Source: a bacterium (GTDB lineage Bacteria; Zhuqueibacterota; Zhuqueibacteria; Residuimicrobiales; Krinioviventaceae). From it: DNA of 64,000 bases. Position 1 is the first letter of the stretch, and each line of letters starts with the position of its first letter. Below the pieces are notes generated by a model. The model made no database searches. It saw only the letters and a program-made list of their open reading frames with translations, and had not been told where the DNA came from. The DNA is taken from NCBI GenBank assembly GCA_963693055.1, contig OY843751.1:2880001-2944000 (forward strand), given 5' to 3'. The translations under genes and the position numbers were made by a program. Shown one piece after another: positions 25,995 to 36,908 of this stretch.

Positions 25995-28631
25995 TTATTC
26001 CAAAGTACGTTTGGTTTCAATGAGTTCATAAGATTCGATAATATCATTTACTTTGAGATCATCGTAACCTTCAATACCAATTCCACATTCAAAGCCAGAA
26101 TTTACCTCTTTAACATCATCCTTGAAGCGTTTGAGGGATGAAATCTTGCCGTCATGAATCAAACGATCATCACGATAAAGTTTTACACGATGATTCCTGT
26201 TGATTTTGCCATTGGTTACATAACATCCGGCAATTGTACCAATCTTGGGGACCTTGAATGTTTGTCTGATTTCCACAGTACCCACATTTTGTTCCGTAAT
26301 AGTAGGTTTGAGGAAACCTTCAAGGGCTGATTTTACATCTTCAATAATATCATAAATAACTTCATATGAACGAATATCAACATTTTCTTTACTTGCCAGT
26401 TCACGAGCCTTGGTGGTCGGGCGTACATGAAAGCCGATAATAATTGCTCCTGACGCAGAAGCTAACAATACATCAGATTCGGATATAGCGCCAACACCAC
26501 GGTGAATGACATTTACAGTAACTTCATCAGTTGATAATTTCAACAATGAATCAATAATAGCTTCAATTGAACCATCAACGTCAGCTTTAACAACGATTGA
26601 GAGTTGTTCAACCTGGCCTTTCTGGATCTGTCTTGAAATCTCATCCAATGTACGTGGACGATTACTCCACAGATCATGCTCACGTTGGAGTATTTGACGT
26701 TTTTGGCTAATATCTCTCGTATCTCTTTCAGATTCCAACACAATAAAAGTATCACCAGCCTGAGGTAAACCGTCAAAACCCAATACCTGTACGGGTTGAG
26801 AAGGACCAGCTAACTTTATACGTTTATTTCGTTCGTCAAGCATTGAACGAACTTTACCGCTATAGGTACCTGCTACAAACGGATCGCCTACTTTTAAGGT
26901 TCCTGTTTGTACCAAAATTGAAGATACAACACCCTTGCCTTTGTCAAGTCGGGATTCAATTACTACACCTTTAGCTCTTCTATCAGGGTTCGCTTTAAGA
27001 TCTAGCATTTCAGCTTCAAGTAAAATTGACTCAAGTAGTTGATCACAAGCTTGACCTGTTTTTGCGGATATTTCTATGCACTGGTACTTTCCGCCCCATT
27101 GCTCAATCAATACATTATGTTCAGCAAGTTGTTTTTTGATCATATCAGGGTTAGCATTGGGCTTGTCAACTTTATTAATAGCTACTACAATAGGGACTTC
27201 AGCAGCACGAGCATGACTGATAGCTTCAATAGTTTGAGGCATCACATTATCATCTGCTGCTACAACCAGAATTACAATATCAGTAATCTGGGCACCACGA
27301 GCACGCATAGCTGTAAATGCTTCGTGACCAGGAGTATCTAAAAATGTTATGGCTTTGCCATTCAGATGCACTTCATAAGCACCTATGTGCTGGGTAATAC
27401 TACCAGATTCTCCAGCTATAATATTACTATTACGATAATAATCAAGTAATGAAGTTTTACCATGATCCACGTGTCCCATGATGGTTACAACAGGTGGTCT
27501 GGGTTGAAGATCTTCATCTTCATCGTCTTCATCCATTTGTTCTAAAAGATCTTCACCAAATTCTGCGAGTGGTTCAACTTCATATTCGTATTCAGAAGCG
27601 AGCAATGTTATAGAATCCATATCAAGTCGTTGATTAATAGAAACCATCATACCTAGTTCCATACATTTTCTAATCAACTCTGTAGATTCAATATCCATCA
27701 GGTTTGCAAGTTCAGCAAGAGACATAAACTCACTAACTTTGATAACTGGATTAATTTCACTCTCTTCTTCAATATCTTCCTGTATTCTACGTTTACGCTT
27801 TTTGCCTTTAGCAGAATCATCAATGGATGCCAAAGTTTGACGAATATTTGATTGAATTTCTTCTTCATTAAATACAGGACGGCGTTTTTTCTTTTTCTTT
27901 GAACGCTTTGATGTTGCCAAAGCTTCTTCTGGTTTAGGCTGATCTTCACCAGTTTTTTTACCACGAGGCTTACGACGACGCTTTTTACGTCCCTCCTGAG
28001 ATCCTTTATCCGAATCACCATGCCCTGCTCCATCTTTCGGTGCCGGAGATGTTTTTTCACCAGGTTTTTCTCTGGTAGACTTTGATTCAGCTTTACCTTG
28101 ATCTTCTTTGGGTTTTTGGCGACTTCCTTTTTGCTCTGGTGGTATTTCTATAATTTTTAATTTTTTCTTTACACGTGGTTTTGGCTTTGCTTCTTGTTCT
28201 TCAGTAGCTTTCGGGATTTGCTGCGATGGACTGGAAGCCTTTGCTTCATCTTTAGTATCTACTGGTTGAGATACTTCTACTGTACGATCTTGTTGCTCTT
28301 GCCTGTGTTTCAACTTGGGCATTTCTTCAGCAAGCTCTTTGGCAAAACGAATACGCCTTTCCAGCTCTTCTTTGGCTTTTTCGCTTTTTTCCTTTTCGAT
28401 CGCTTGTTTATCACGCAATCTTTTACGGAATTCCTGCTCTTCATCAACATTTTCAACAGGCTGAACAGTGGTCTCTCCGAATTTTTCCATTACCTTGTTA
28501 TACGCATCATCCGATAAAGGGCTCATATGATTGCGTATATCAAAGTTAAGACCGGTGAGATATTCGATCAAAGCTTCGTTGGAAATATTAAACTCTCGCG
28601 CAACTTGAAATACTCTTTTTTTAACAGCCAA
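25995..28631 (-). CDS. infB: Translation initiation factor IF-2 (TTG start)
   Basis: MGHVDHGKT, DTPGHEAF, NKVD. Confidence 0.98.
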   Translation of the reverse strand: MAVKKRVFQVAREFNISNEALIEYLTGLNFDIRNHMSPLSDDAYNKVMEKFGETTVQPVENVDEEQEFRKRLRDKQAIEKEKSEKAKEELERRIRFAKELAEEMPKLKHRQEQQDRTVEVSQPVDTKDEAKASSPSQQIPKATEEQEAKPKPRVKKKLKIIEIPPEQKGSRQKPKEDQGKAESKSTREKPGEKTSPAPKDGAGHGDSDKGSQEGRKKRRRKPRGKKTGEDQPKPEEALATSKRSKKKKKRRPVFNEEEIQSNIRQTLASIDDSAKGKKRKRRIQEDIEEESEINPVIKVSEFMSLAELANLMDIESTELIRKCMELGMMVSINQRLDMDSITLLASEYEYEVEPLAEFGEDLLEQMDEDDEDEDLQPRPPVVTIMGHVDHGKTSLLDYYRNSNIIAGESGSITQHIGAYEVHLNGKAITFLDTPGHEAFTAMRARGAQITDIVILVVAADDNVMPQTIEAISHARAAEVPIVVAINKVDKPNANPDMIKKQLAEHNVLIEQWGGKYQCIEISAKTGQACDQLLESILLEAEMLDLKANPDRRAKGVVIESRLDKGKGVVSSILVQTGTLKVGDPFVAGTYSGKVRSMLDERNKRIKLAGPSQPVQVLGFDGLPQAGDTFIVLESERDTRDISQKRQILQREHDLWSNRPRTLDEISRQIQKGQVEQLSIVVKADVDGSIEAIIDSLLKLSTDEVTVNVIHRGVGAISESDVLLASASGAIIIGFHVRPTTKARELASKENVDIRSYEVIYDIIEDVKSALEGFLKPTITEQNVGTVEIRQTFKVPKIGTIAGCYVTNGKINRNHRVKLYRDDRLIHDGKISSLKRFKDDVKEVNSGFECGIGIEGYDDLKVNDIIESYELIETKRTLE

Positions 28632-28673
28632 AAAAAACTCCCGTTGTTATGGCGCTACCTATTCACTATTCAA

Positions 28674-30143
28674 TTATTCTTTATCTTCTTTATCCGGTGT
28701 CTCATCAGTAGATTCTGACTCATCTTCATTAGTCTCATCTACGTCCGATTCATCTTCTTCCGATTCATCTTCTTCCGATTCATCTTCTTCCGATTCTTCA
28801 ACTACCGGCTCTGAATCATTTTCAATGTCATTAGAATCATCAACTAAATCTTCATCATCAGATTCTTCAGGCTCTTCCACTTCCTGGCCTTCATCTCCCT
28901 GATTTTGAAAATTCTTTTGCAAAGACTCTTTTAATTTCTCTGCGGTTTTTTCTCCAACACCCGGTAAATGGGTCAACTCGTCAAGATCTGCCTCAACAAT
29001 ATCACGTATTGTTTCAAATCCACCGACAAGCAGAGTCTTTTTTAATTTTCCTGGAATATCTTCCACTTCGGTAAGTGGCAGATCAAGGCCGCTTTCAGAC
29101 TCTATTATCTCTTTATACTCATCATCACGAACAGTCTGAATGTCAAAATTAGTTAACCGTGAAGCCAATCTACGATTTTGACCACCTTTACCTATTGCCA
29201 AAGAAATTTGCTCATCATCCAAAACGGCAATTACTTTACGAGCTTCTTCGTCAATAACAATACGCTTTGGTTTTGCTGGACTAAGAGCACGAGTTATAAA
29301 AATTTCAGGTTCGCTGCTCCAGTTGATGATATCTATTTTTTCATTATTTAATTCTTTTACAATTGCCTGAATACGCATTCCTTTCATACCCACACAAGCA
29401 CCAACAGCATCAATGCGTTTATCGTTAGAATAAACAGCAATCTTTGTTCGTTCGCCCGCCTCACGGGTAATTGCACGAATTTCAATAATACCTTCATAAA
29501 TTTCAGGCACTTCAAGTTCAAACAATCTCGAAAGAAACATGGGATCAGAACGTGAAATAATTATCTCAGGACCACGAGCCGTTTTTTTAACTTCTTTGAT
29601 CACTGCACGTATGGATTCACCACGTCTATATTTTTCATTTGGTATTTGTTCATACTTTGGCAAAACCATTTCAGTGTTTTCTGCATTGATAAAGATTTCA
29701 TCACGATTGATCTGACGAATCTCTCCACTAACAATTTCACCAGAACGGTTTTTAAATTCATCGTATATTTGTTCTTTTTCAAACTCTTTAATACGCTGAT
29801 TCAGGTTTTGTTTCGCTGAAATAATTAATCTACGGCCAAATGCAGCAGGATTAATGATTTCAAGGTATTCATCGCCCAGTTCCAAATCCGGTTCAGACTC
29901 TTGGGCTGTCTGAATATTGATCTCTGTAACCTCATCTTCAACATCTTCGACAATAGTCTTGCTTTGGTAAATTTCAATTTCACCTTTTTCCATATTGACA
30001 AAAACATCAAAGTTATCAGAAGTACCATACTTTTTCTTAATCATGGACAAAAAGATTTCTTCCATGATTTTCGTCAACACTTCTTTTTCTACATTTTTTT
30101 CTTTAATGAGTGCGGCAAAAGCCTGAACAATTTCACTTTTCAT
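28674..30143 (-). CDS. nusA: Transcription factor NusA with acidic tail
   Basis: S1/KH domains, ELEVPEI, GACVGMKG, HhH region, D/E-rich C-terminus. Confidence 0.97.
   Translation of the reverse strand: MKSEIVQAFAALIKEKNVEKEVLTKIMEEIFLSMIKKKYGTSDNFDVFVNMEKGEIEIYQSKTIVEDVEDEVTEINIQTAQESEPDLELGDEYLEIINPAAFGRRLIISAKQNLNQRIKEFEKEQIYDEFKNRSGEIVSGEIRQINRDEIFINAENTEMVLPKYEQIPNEKYRRGESIRAVIKEVKKTARGPEIIISRSDPMFLSRLFELEVPEIYEGIIEIRAITREAGERTKIAVYSNDKRIDAVGACVGMKGMRIQAIVKELNNEKIDIINWSSEPEIFITRALSPAKPKRIVIDEEARKVIAVLDDEQISLAIGKGGQNRRLASRLTNFDIQTVRDDEYKEIIESESGLDLPLTEVEDIPGKLKKTLLVGGFETIRDIVEADLDELTHLPGVGEKTAEKLKESLQKNFQNQGDEGQEVEEPEESDDEDLVDDSNDIENDSEPVVEESEEDESEEDESEEDESDVDETNEDESESTDETPDKEDKE
28744..28797. 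repeat. 15-bp tandem repeat (about 3.5 copies) encoding ESEED units in the NusA tail
   Basis: TCCGATTCATCTTCT x3 plus a partial copy. Confidence 0.9.
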
Positions 30144-30167
30144 GTTTAAATACCTGTCTTGTAGTGA

Positions 30168-30620
30168 CTAAAATTCAATAATGATTTTAGCGGACTTTAA
30201 TTCAGTTATATTGAACACATGTTCTTTATCACCATCCGTTAAAACGACCTGTTCCGCTTCAACAGTATGTATGGTACCTGTTTTTTCTAAACTTTTCTCT
30301 TCATCACCAAGCACTACTTTGACCTTTTCGCCAATATTGCGCTCAAAATCTCGGGCTGTCTTTAAGGGACGCGTCAAGCCAGGAGAAGAAACCTCAAGAA
30401 CATAGCGCTCTTGAATTACATCATCTCGCTCAAGGATTTCAGCAATAGTTCTGCTGGTTTTTTCACATTGCTCAAGCTTAACTCCACCCTGCCTGTGAAT
30501 ATAAATACGTATAATCCGTTTGCGGCTATTACCCAAAATTTCCAAATCTACCAGTTCAAGATCCATCTCCTCAAGAACAGGTAGAACTATTTTTTTTATA
30601 ATCTCTATATCAATCGCCAT
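30168..30620 (-). CDS. rimP: Ribosome maturation factor RimP
   Basis: YVLEVSSPGLTRPL; likely start MAIDIE. Confidence 0.95.
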   Translation of the reverse strand: MAIDIEIIKKIVLPVLEEMDLELVDLEILGNSRKRIIRIYIHRQGGVKLEQCEKTSRTIAEILERDDVIQERYVLEVSSPGLTRPLKTARDFERNIGEKVKVVLGDEEKSLEKTGTIHTVEAEQVVLTDGDKEHVFNITELKSAKIIIEF

Positions 30621-30633
30621 ATTTTTCACTTTA

Positions 30634-30665
30634 CAACAAAAAAGTGGGCCCGGTGAGCCCACTTT
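30634..30665 (-). promoter_or_regulatory. rimP leader attenuator-like terminator
   Basis: Minus strand AAAGTGGGC-TCACCGG-GCCCACTTTTTTGTT between promoter and rimP. Confidence 0.75.
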
Positions 30666-30674
30666 GAGTTTATA

Positions 30675-30703
30675 AATATACTAAAGAAAATCCTTAAAAT
30701 CAA
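30675..30703 (-). promoter_or_regulatory. Sigma70-type promoter of the rimP-nusA-infB operon
   Basis: TTGATT-N17-TATATT. Confidence 0.6.
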
Positions 30704-30729
30704 GAATTTTCTATTGTTCAAATAAAAAA

Positions 30730-31398
30730 CTACATTACGGATTTGAGCAACAACGCTTCATCTTTTTCCTCAGAATCCGGATAATCGTGAACAATGGTAT
30801 CATATAACTCTGCAGCTTTTTGTGGGTTTCCTGCCAAACTATAGCAATTGGCTGCTTTTAATAAATTCTCAGAAGCTGTAAAAGATTCAGGGAATTTGTT
30901 AGCAGTTTTTACATACTGCTGTGCTGCTTTTTCGTATTCTTTTAATTGCTCATGACAAGCTGCAACAGCCGCCATGGCAGAGGCTTTTACATAATCATCA
31001 CCTTTAAAACTTTTTGCAAAATCGGAAAAATGCTTTTCAGCCTGTTCGTAATCACCTGTTTGAAACAGTGCGTTACCAAGGTAATATTGGGCCAATTTAC
31101 CGCTCTGAGTTGATCCATAGGTGCTGATAATGTTCTGCAATACTGGCTTGGCTGATTCGTAATCATTGCTTGATATGGAACGCATAGCAATTGCCAATTC
31201 TACACTTGCAGAAGATTCAGCTTTTTGTTTTGACGATATTACATAAAAAGACAATAGTAAAACAACAACAATTGCACCTATTCCGATAAACAGAATTTTT
31301 GAATTGTTTTCAACCCAATCCTGGGCATTAAAATAAAAAGTAACTAACTTGTCTTCTTTTAGTTCTTTTTTTGTCAGACGCTTTCTTGGTGTAAGCAT
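30730..31398 (-). CDS. Membrane-anchored TPR protein (YfgM-like)
   Basis: ELKEDKLV N-terminus, single TM, TPR repeats. Confidence 0.85.
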   Translation of the reverse strand: MLTPRKRLTKKELKEDKLVTFYFNAQDWVENNSKILFIGIGAIVVVLLLSFYVISSKQKAESSASVELAIAMRSISSNDYESAKPVLQNIISTYGSTQSGKLAQYYLGNALFQTGDYEQAEKHFSDFAKSFKGDDYVKASAMAAVAACHEQLKEYEKAAQQYVKTANKFPESFTASENLLKAANCYSLAGNPQKAAELYDTIVHDYPDSEEKDEALLLKSVM

Positions 31399-31499
31399 GT
31401 AATTCCCTGTTATTATTTATCAACTCTATAACCAATAGCCGGATAATGTAATGAATAGAAAATAAAAAATCAAGAATAAAAATAAAATTTTAACATTCA

Positions 31500-31868
31500 T
31501 TAGTCAGGTGGTCTTGCTTCTTTAGCGCTAACAGTAACAATTTCATATGCATTTGAAGCAACTGCAGCAACAAAGATCATAACAAATGTAACAAGCGCAA
31601 TATCACCCCATGGTGTTCCTGCAATTCCCAACCACTCACATGCTTTGATAAATAATGGCATTGAAAAGAAACTGACCAATAACGAAAAAATAATACTGAA
31701 AAATATACGGCTTTTATTTTCCCTTCCCCCTGCAAAATATGAAATAATAAATATCCCAACACCCAAGGTTAAAGCAATAATAGATATTGTGTCATTAAAT
31801 ACAATCCAGTGAATACCACTGGATGTTTTTTCTATTGAAAATAAAGAATCCGCTTGTGCAATTTCCAT
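31500..31868 (-). CDS. Hypothetical membrane protein (3 TM)
   Basis: Three hydrophobic segments. Confidence 0.7.
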   Translation of the reverse strand: MEIAQADSLFSIEKTSSGIHWIVFNDTISIIALTLGVGIFIISYFAGGRENKSRIFFSIIFSLLVSFFSMPLFIKACEWLGIAGTPWGDIALVTFVMIFVAAVASNAYEIVTVSAKEARPPD

Positions 31869-31964
31869 ATAAATCCCGGGTTAAAATCCCAATTTATAAA
31901 CGATTACATTGTATAAATTTGATAATTGATATGCAAGCAATTTCTTGATTTTTGATTGATGCTC

Positions 31965-32804
31965 TTATTGTTCTTCCTCATTGTAATAAAACATGTATTT
32001 GATAAATACATGATCATGATATACCTGGGAATTTCCTTGCTCATCAATTATAATCGGATTCTCATCAACACGAATTATCAAAGTTATATTTTTCCGCTGC
32101 AAACCCAGCTTGCGGGTAGCATCAAAGTCAAAATCTCTTACATAGACATCACCATCAATTGCCGGAATGATCCGTATTGTACCGTAACGGTTTCTAAAGA
32201 AACGGTAAACGCTTTCAAAGGACTTTTGGGTTGATAACACAAATACATTTGCATCAGAACCCAACTCTTCCATTTCCATTAACGCAACTTCTTCTTCCAA
32301 TTTCCCTTCATATGTAAGATTTCCTGCCAGCTTTCTCAAGTCTTCAATAGACCTATCTAAATTCTGAGGCAAATCTACTGTTACCGGATAGCTGATAAGA
32401 AAAATATCAATCCGTGTTGGCCAAAAACTGCTGGCAACACGTGGAATTTTAACAGGATAAATCTCTATTCTGTTTGCTGATTGTCGGTTAATTTCAGAAA
32501 AATTATATACCAACCTGTCACCTACCTTGTAAAACCGCTGACCACATAATCTCGTATAATGAGCAACAACGGTACGTGGATCATCACGGGTTAAAAAACT
32601 CATAATGCGCATTGTACGAGCTTTGGGAAATTTGACCTGCTCTCGTTTTTCAAGATATTCTACAAAATCATTGTCACTAAAAGAATCCGGATATTCAAAC
32701 TCTTCAAATGTACTTTCCCGAAATAGTATCTGGGAAAACAAAGAAGTTGAGAATAAAAGCAAAAACAAAACGAAAATTAGTCTGGTATATTTCATAATAA
32801 CCAC
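31965..32804 (-). CDS. Hypothetical secreted protein at end of his operon
   Basis: Signal peptide; starts a few nt after the hisI stop. Confidence 0.75.
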   Translation of the reverse strand: MVIMKYTRLIFVLFLLLFSTSLFSQILFRESTFEEFEYPDSFSDNDFVEYLEKREQVKFPKARTMRIMSFLTRDDPRTVVAHYTRLCGQRFYKVGDRLVYNFSEINRQSANRIEIYPVKIPRVASSFWPTRIDIFLISYPVTVDLPQNLDRSIEDLRKLAGNLTYEGKLEEEVALMEMEELGSDANVFVLSTQKSFESVYRFFRNRYGTIRIIPAIDGDVYVRDFDFDATRKLGLQRKNITLIIRVDENPIIIDEQGNSQVYHDHVFIKYMFYYNEEEQ

Positions 32805-32806
32805 AT

Positions 32807-33160
32807 TTATTTGGATTCAAGTTTCCATGAAAAACAACTGCGCTTGTTTGTATGACAAGTGGGACCTTTTGCTATTGCTTTAACCAGAATTGTATCATTA
32901 TCACAATCTGTATACAATTCCACCAACTGCAAAAAGTTTCCTGAAGTTTCTCCCTTTGTCCAGTATTCCTGGCGTGAACGGCTCCAAAACGTAACCAATT
33001 GTTTTTCCAGTGTCATCTTTACACTGTCTTTATTCATATAGCCCAACATCAATACTGCGCCATCTGCGTTATCCTGAACAATTGCAGGGATTAATCCCTT
33101 GTCATCAAACTTTAATCTATTGATAAAATCTTCTGTTGTTACATTTTCAATTTCTGACAT
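32807..33160 (-). CDS. hisI: Phosphoribosyl-AMP cyclohydrolase (monofunctional)
   Basis: [32 protein letters not shown]; no HisE domain. Confidence 0.96.
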   Translation of the reverse strand: MSEIENVTTEDFINRLKFDDKGLIPAIVQDNADGAVLMLGYMNKDSVKMTLEKQLVTFWSRSRQEYWTKGETSGNFLQLVELYTDCDNDTILVKAIAKGPTCHTNKRSCFSWKLESK

Positions 33161-33905
33161 GAATGTTCCTCTCTTTTAAATAATCTTTAACTTCTCGAAT
33201 TGAATTTTCACGGTAATGAAAAATTGAAGCTGCTAGTGCAGCATCTGCAGCACCATCACGAAATACATCTTTAAAATGTTTTAATTCACCACAACCACCG
33301 GATGCAATAACGGGTATACTGACTGCCTGGGAAATGGTACGTGTTAATTCTATATCAAAACCAATCTTGGTACCATCACGGTCCATTGATGTCAAAAGAA
33401 TTTCTCCTGCTCCCATTTCTTCGGCTTCCTGGGCCCATTCAAGCGCATCTCTTTCAACAGGCTCTCTACCACCATATATATAAACCTGCCAGGATTTGTC
33501 ATCTTTTCTTTTGGCATCAATTGCTAAGACTGTCGCCTGACTGCCATACCTCTCGGCACATTCCCTTAACAAATCAGGATTATGGACTGCTGCAGTATTC
33601 ATTGTTACCTTGTCTGCACCGTTTTTCAACAAAACCTGTGCATCTTGCGCAGTTCTAACACCTCCGCCAACAGTCAGTGGCATAAAAACCTGTTCAGCCG
33701 TCCGTCTCACTACATCCAGCATTATCTCCCGCTTATCAGATGATGCGGTAATATCCAGAAAAACAAGCTCATCTGCACCATGTTCATCGTAATATTTTGC
33801 CTGTTCAACGGGATCACCCGCATCTACAAGGTTTAAGAAATTGATTCCTTTTACCACGCGTCCTTCTGTTACATCAAGACAAGGTATTATCCGTTTTGCT
33901 AACAT
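33147..33905 (-). CDS. hisF: Imidazole glycerol phosphate synthase cyclase subunit
   Basis: [24 protein letters not shown]. Confidence 0.98.
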   Translation of the reverse strand: MLAKRIIPCLDVTEGRVVKGINFLNLVDAGDPVEQAKYYDEHGADELVFLDITASSDKREIMLDVVRRTAEQVFMPLTVGGGVRTAQDAQVLLKNGADKVTMNTAAVHNPDLLRECAERYGSQATVLAIDAKRKDDKSWQVYIYGGREPVERDALEWAQEAEEMGAGEILLTSMDRDGTKIGFDIELTRTISQAVSIPVIASGGCGELKHFKDVFRDGAADAALAASIFHYRENSIREVKDYLKERNIHVRN

Positions 33906-33916
33906 ATTTCAATCTT

Positions 33917-34642
33917 TCAATTAAACATTTCATTCAACTTTTGTAAATCAACTTTATTTTCATAAATGGCAGTACCTACTATTGCGCCATCAATATTGGG
34001 TTCATTTCTATCAGCAAGGGCCTGAAACTGTTCATAATTTGCAAAACCACCCGAAGCAATGACCTTTAATCCGCTTTTTGCAGCCAGGTTTAGAGTATTT
34101 TCAATATTGGGACCTGTTAATGCGCCGTCACGATCAACATCGGTGTATACAATACGTATTACACCTTTTGATTTCATATCAGCGGCTAAATCATATACAT
34201 CTTTGTCAGTTTGGGTTTCCCAGCCATCAACAGCAACTTTGTTATTTCTTGCGTCTATTCCAACTACAATCCGTTCGGGACCGAACTCATCTACAACTTG
34301 CTTAATCATATCAGGATTATTGATGGCTGTTGTGCCAATAATTACCCGGTCTACACCAAGTTCAAGCCAGTTTTTGACATCATCTATGGTACGGATACCA
34401 CCACCCAGCTCTACTGGTATATCTATTGATTTTACAATATCTTTGATTACTTGCATATTTTTTTGGGCCCTACCAAAAGCACCATCCAGATTTATTAAAT
34501 GAAGATATTTTGAACCCAGTTCCTGCCAATGTTTAGCCATTTGTGGAGGATTATCACTGTATTGCTTTGCAGTATTCTCTACACCTTTTTTTAAGCGAAC
34601 ACATTGTCCGCCTAACAAATCGATTGCCGGTAAAATTATCAC
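33917..34642 (-). CDS. hisA: ProFAR isomerase
   Basis: PAIDLLGGQCVRL, YTDVDRDGAL. Confidence 0.96.
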   Translation of the reverse strand: MIILPAIDLLGGQCVRLKKGVENTAKQYSDNPPQMAKHWQELGSKYLHLINLDGAFGRAQKNMQVIKDIVKSIDIPVELGGGIRTIDDVKNWLELGVDRVIIGTTAINNPDMIKQVVDEFGPERIVVGIDARNNKVAVDGWETQTDKDVYDLAADMKSKGVIRIVYTDVDRDGALTGPNIENTLNLAAKSGLKVIASGGFANYEQFQALADRNEPNIDGAIVGTAIYENKVDLQKLNEMFN

Positions 34643-34653
34643 GTATCAGCCTC

Positions 34654-35253
34654 TTAGATATTTACAAAATTTTCAAGTACTTGTAGTCCCATTTTCTGTG
34701 ATTTTTCCGGATGAAACTGCAATCCGAATACATTTTCTTTATTTACGGCAACTGGAACTCTCATACCGTAATCGGTTTCACCAATAATGATTCCACTATT
34801 CTCAGGTGAAATATAATATGAATGAGCAAAATAAAAGAAACTCTGATCAGCAATATTGTTCCACAAGGGTGATTCAGTTATGGGAATAAGCACATTCCAA
34901 CCCAAATGCGGAACCTTTAGATCTTTGGAAAAACGCTTTACAGGTCCTTTAAAAACAGACAATCCCTTAACGCCGGGACTTTCTTCGCTTGATTCAAACA
35001 ACAATTGCATACCCAGGCATATCCCTAAAAAGGGCTTACCTTTATCAATACTCTCTAATAAGGTATCACGCAAACCAAGCTGATCAATCTTTTCAACAGC
35101 TTTGCCAAAAGCGCCTACACCGGGAAAGATTACCTTATCTGCTTCAAGTATTTCTTTAGGACTAGAAGTAACTTTTGCTTCCGTACCCGTATGCTCGACT
35201 GCTTTTTGAACACTTCTCAGGTTACCAGCTTCATAATCCACTATACATATCAT
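34654..35253 (-). CDS. hisH: IGP synthase glutaminase subunit
   Basis: GNLRSV, GICLGMQ, QFHPEKS. Confidence 0.97.
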   Translation of the reverse strand: MICIVDYEAGNLRSVQKAVEHTGTEAKVTSSPKEILEADKVIFPGVGAFGKAVEKIDQLGLRDTLLESIDKGKPFLGICLGMQLLFESSEESPGVKGLSVFKGPVKRFSKDLKVPHLGWNVLIPITESPLWNNIADQSFFYFAHSYYISPENSGIIIGETDYGMRVPVAVNKENVFGLQFHPEKSQKMGLQVLENFVNI

Positions 35254-35840
35254 AAAAGAACTCCTTTTGTCGAAGGTATATCAGTTAACCGGTTATCTGC
35301 TTCCAGTGCCATACGCAAAGCCCGTGCGGTTGCCTTAATCATAGATTCAAATGCATGGTGTTGATTGGTACCATATAACAGGGATACATGCAAAGTGATT
35401 TTGGCATTTATTGCAAAAGCGCGCAAAAATTCGGAAAACAATTCTCCATCAAAATCGCCAACCATTTTAGGCTCCAGGCTGCAATCATAGTGAAAAAAAC
35501 CTCTTCCACTAATATCAACTACTGTTCTGGCCAGTGCTTCATCTAATGGACAAAAGGCATTTCCATAGCGGGTTATACCTTTGGCAGTACCCAGGGCTTT
35601 TTCAAAAACCTGCCCCAATACAATACCGGTATCTTCAACAGTATGGTGACCATCAATGTGCAAATCACCTTTGACTTTTACTTGCAAATCAATTGCACAA
35701 TGCTTTGTAAAAGCATCTAAAAGATGATCAAAAAAGCCAATACCTGTGCTAATTTGGCCTTTACCGGTACCATCCAGATCCAGTTTAATCTGGATATCTG
35801 TTTCACGGGTTTTACGACTCAATTCTGCTGTTCTACTCAT
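35250..35840 (-). CDS. hisB: Imidazoleglycerol-phosphate dehydratase (monofunctional)
   Basis: RKTRETDI, HHTVEDTG, NQHHAFE, PSTKG. Confidence 0.97.
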   Translation of the reverse strand: MSRTAELSRKTRETDIQIKLDLDGTGKGQISTGIGFFDHLLDAFTKHCAIDLQVKVKGDLHIDGHHTVEDTGIVLGQVFEKALGTAKGITRYGNAFCPLDEALARTVVDISGRGFFHYDCSLEPKMVGDFDGELFSEFLRAFAINAKITLHVSLLYGTNQHHAFESMIKATARALRMALEADNRLTDIPSTKGVLL

Positions 35841-35843
35841 AAT

Positions 35844-36908
35844 TTATTCCTGAACAGTTTCAGTTAGTTTTTCAATAAACAGATCATTTTCATAACGGTT
35901 CCCAATCGTTAAACGCTGGAATCCTTTTAGTAATGGATAGCCACTTAGATTTCTGACCAATATACCACGATTTTTCAACTCGTTAAACAAATCTATGTCT
36001 TTGCTGCTATTAAACATAACAAAATTAGCAGATGACCTATAAACATTAATCGATGGGATATCCTGCATTTGCTGCATTAATCTTGCTCTCTCTTCAGTCA
36101 AATAAGCAACCTGCTTTTTCATGATTGAAAGATCATCCAATAATCTGTTAGCAACAAGTTCTGTAAAAATATTAACATTATAAGGAATGTTGATCTTTTC
36201 GAGCTGCTCAATTATAGGTCGTTTTGCCAAAAAATAGCCAAACCGCAATCCTGCAAGACTAAAAGCTTTAGAAAAAGTTCGTGAAACAATCAGGTTCTCA
36301 TATTTATTTAACAACGAGATCGCTGAAAGTTCCGTAAATTCTCCGTATGCCTCATCAAAAAAGACAAGCCCCTTTGCAATAGAACATATTTTTTCAACAT
36401 CATCCATTTCCATTTCATAGCCAGTAGGATTACCAGGAGAACATAAAACGATCAACTTGGGTTGCTCTTTTTTAATTACATCCACTACCTGATCAATAGG
36501 ATATTCTTTGCCAGGCTCATGCATAACTTTAAGACTTTTGGCGTTCAATAGATCAGCAAACATTTCATACAAAGAAAATACAGGGGGATTATATAATACG
36601 TTATCTCCCACTTCAAGTACTGCTGTAAATAAAGTCTGCAAAATCTGATTAGAGCCACTGCCAAGCAAGATTTGATCAGCATCAACATGATGCCAACTAG
36701 CAAGTTTTGCCCTTAATTCAGGAGAAGAGTTTACGGGATACCGGTTCCAACTCAATGATTCTGCCTTTTTGCACAAATCAGCTTTTATATTCTCTGGCAC
36801 ATCAAATGGATTTTCATTCTGGTTCAATTTAGCCAAAAAGTCTTTTTGAGGTGGTGAGGTGTAACCATTCATCTGTACTACTGATTTTTTAAACCACGCT
36901 TCTTTCAT
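35844..36908 (-). CDS. hisC: Histidinol-phosphate aminotransferase
   Basis: LNQNENP, DEAY, RTFSKAFSLAGLRFGY. Confidence 0.95.
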   Translation of the reverse strand: MKEAWFKKSVVQMNGYTSPPQKDFLAKLNQNENPFDVPENIKADLCKKAESLSWNRYPVNSSPELRAKLASWHHVDADQILLGSGSNQILQTLFTAVLEVGDNVLYNPPVFSLYEMFADLLNAKSLKVMHEPGKEYPIDQVVDVIKKEQPKLIVLCSPGNPTGYEMEMDDVEKICSIAKGLVFFDEAYGEFTELSAISLLNKYENLIVSRTFSKAFSLAGLRFGYFLAKRPIIEQLEKINIPYNVNIFTELVANRLLDDLSIMKKQVAYLTEERARLMQQMQDIPSINVYRSSANFVMFNSSKDIDLFNELKNRGILVRNLSGYPLLKGFQRLTIGNRYENDLFIEKLTETVQE

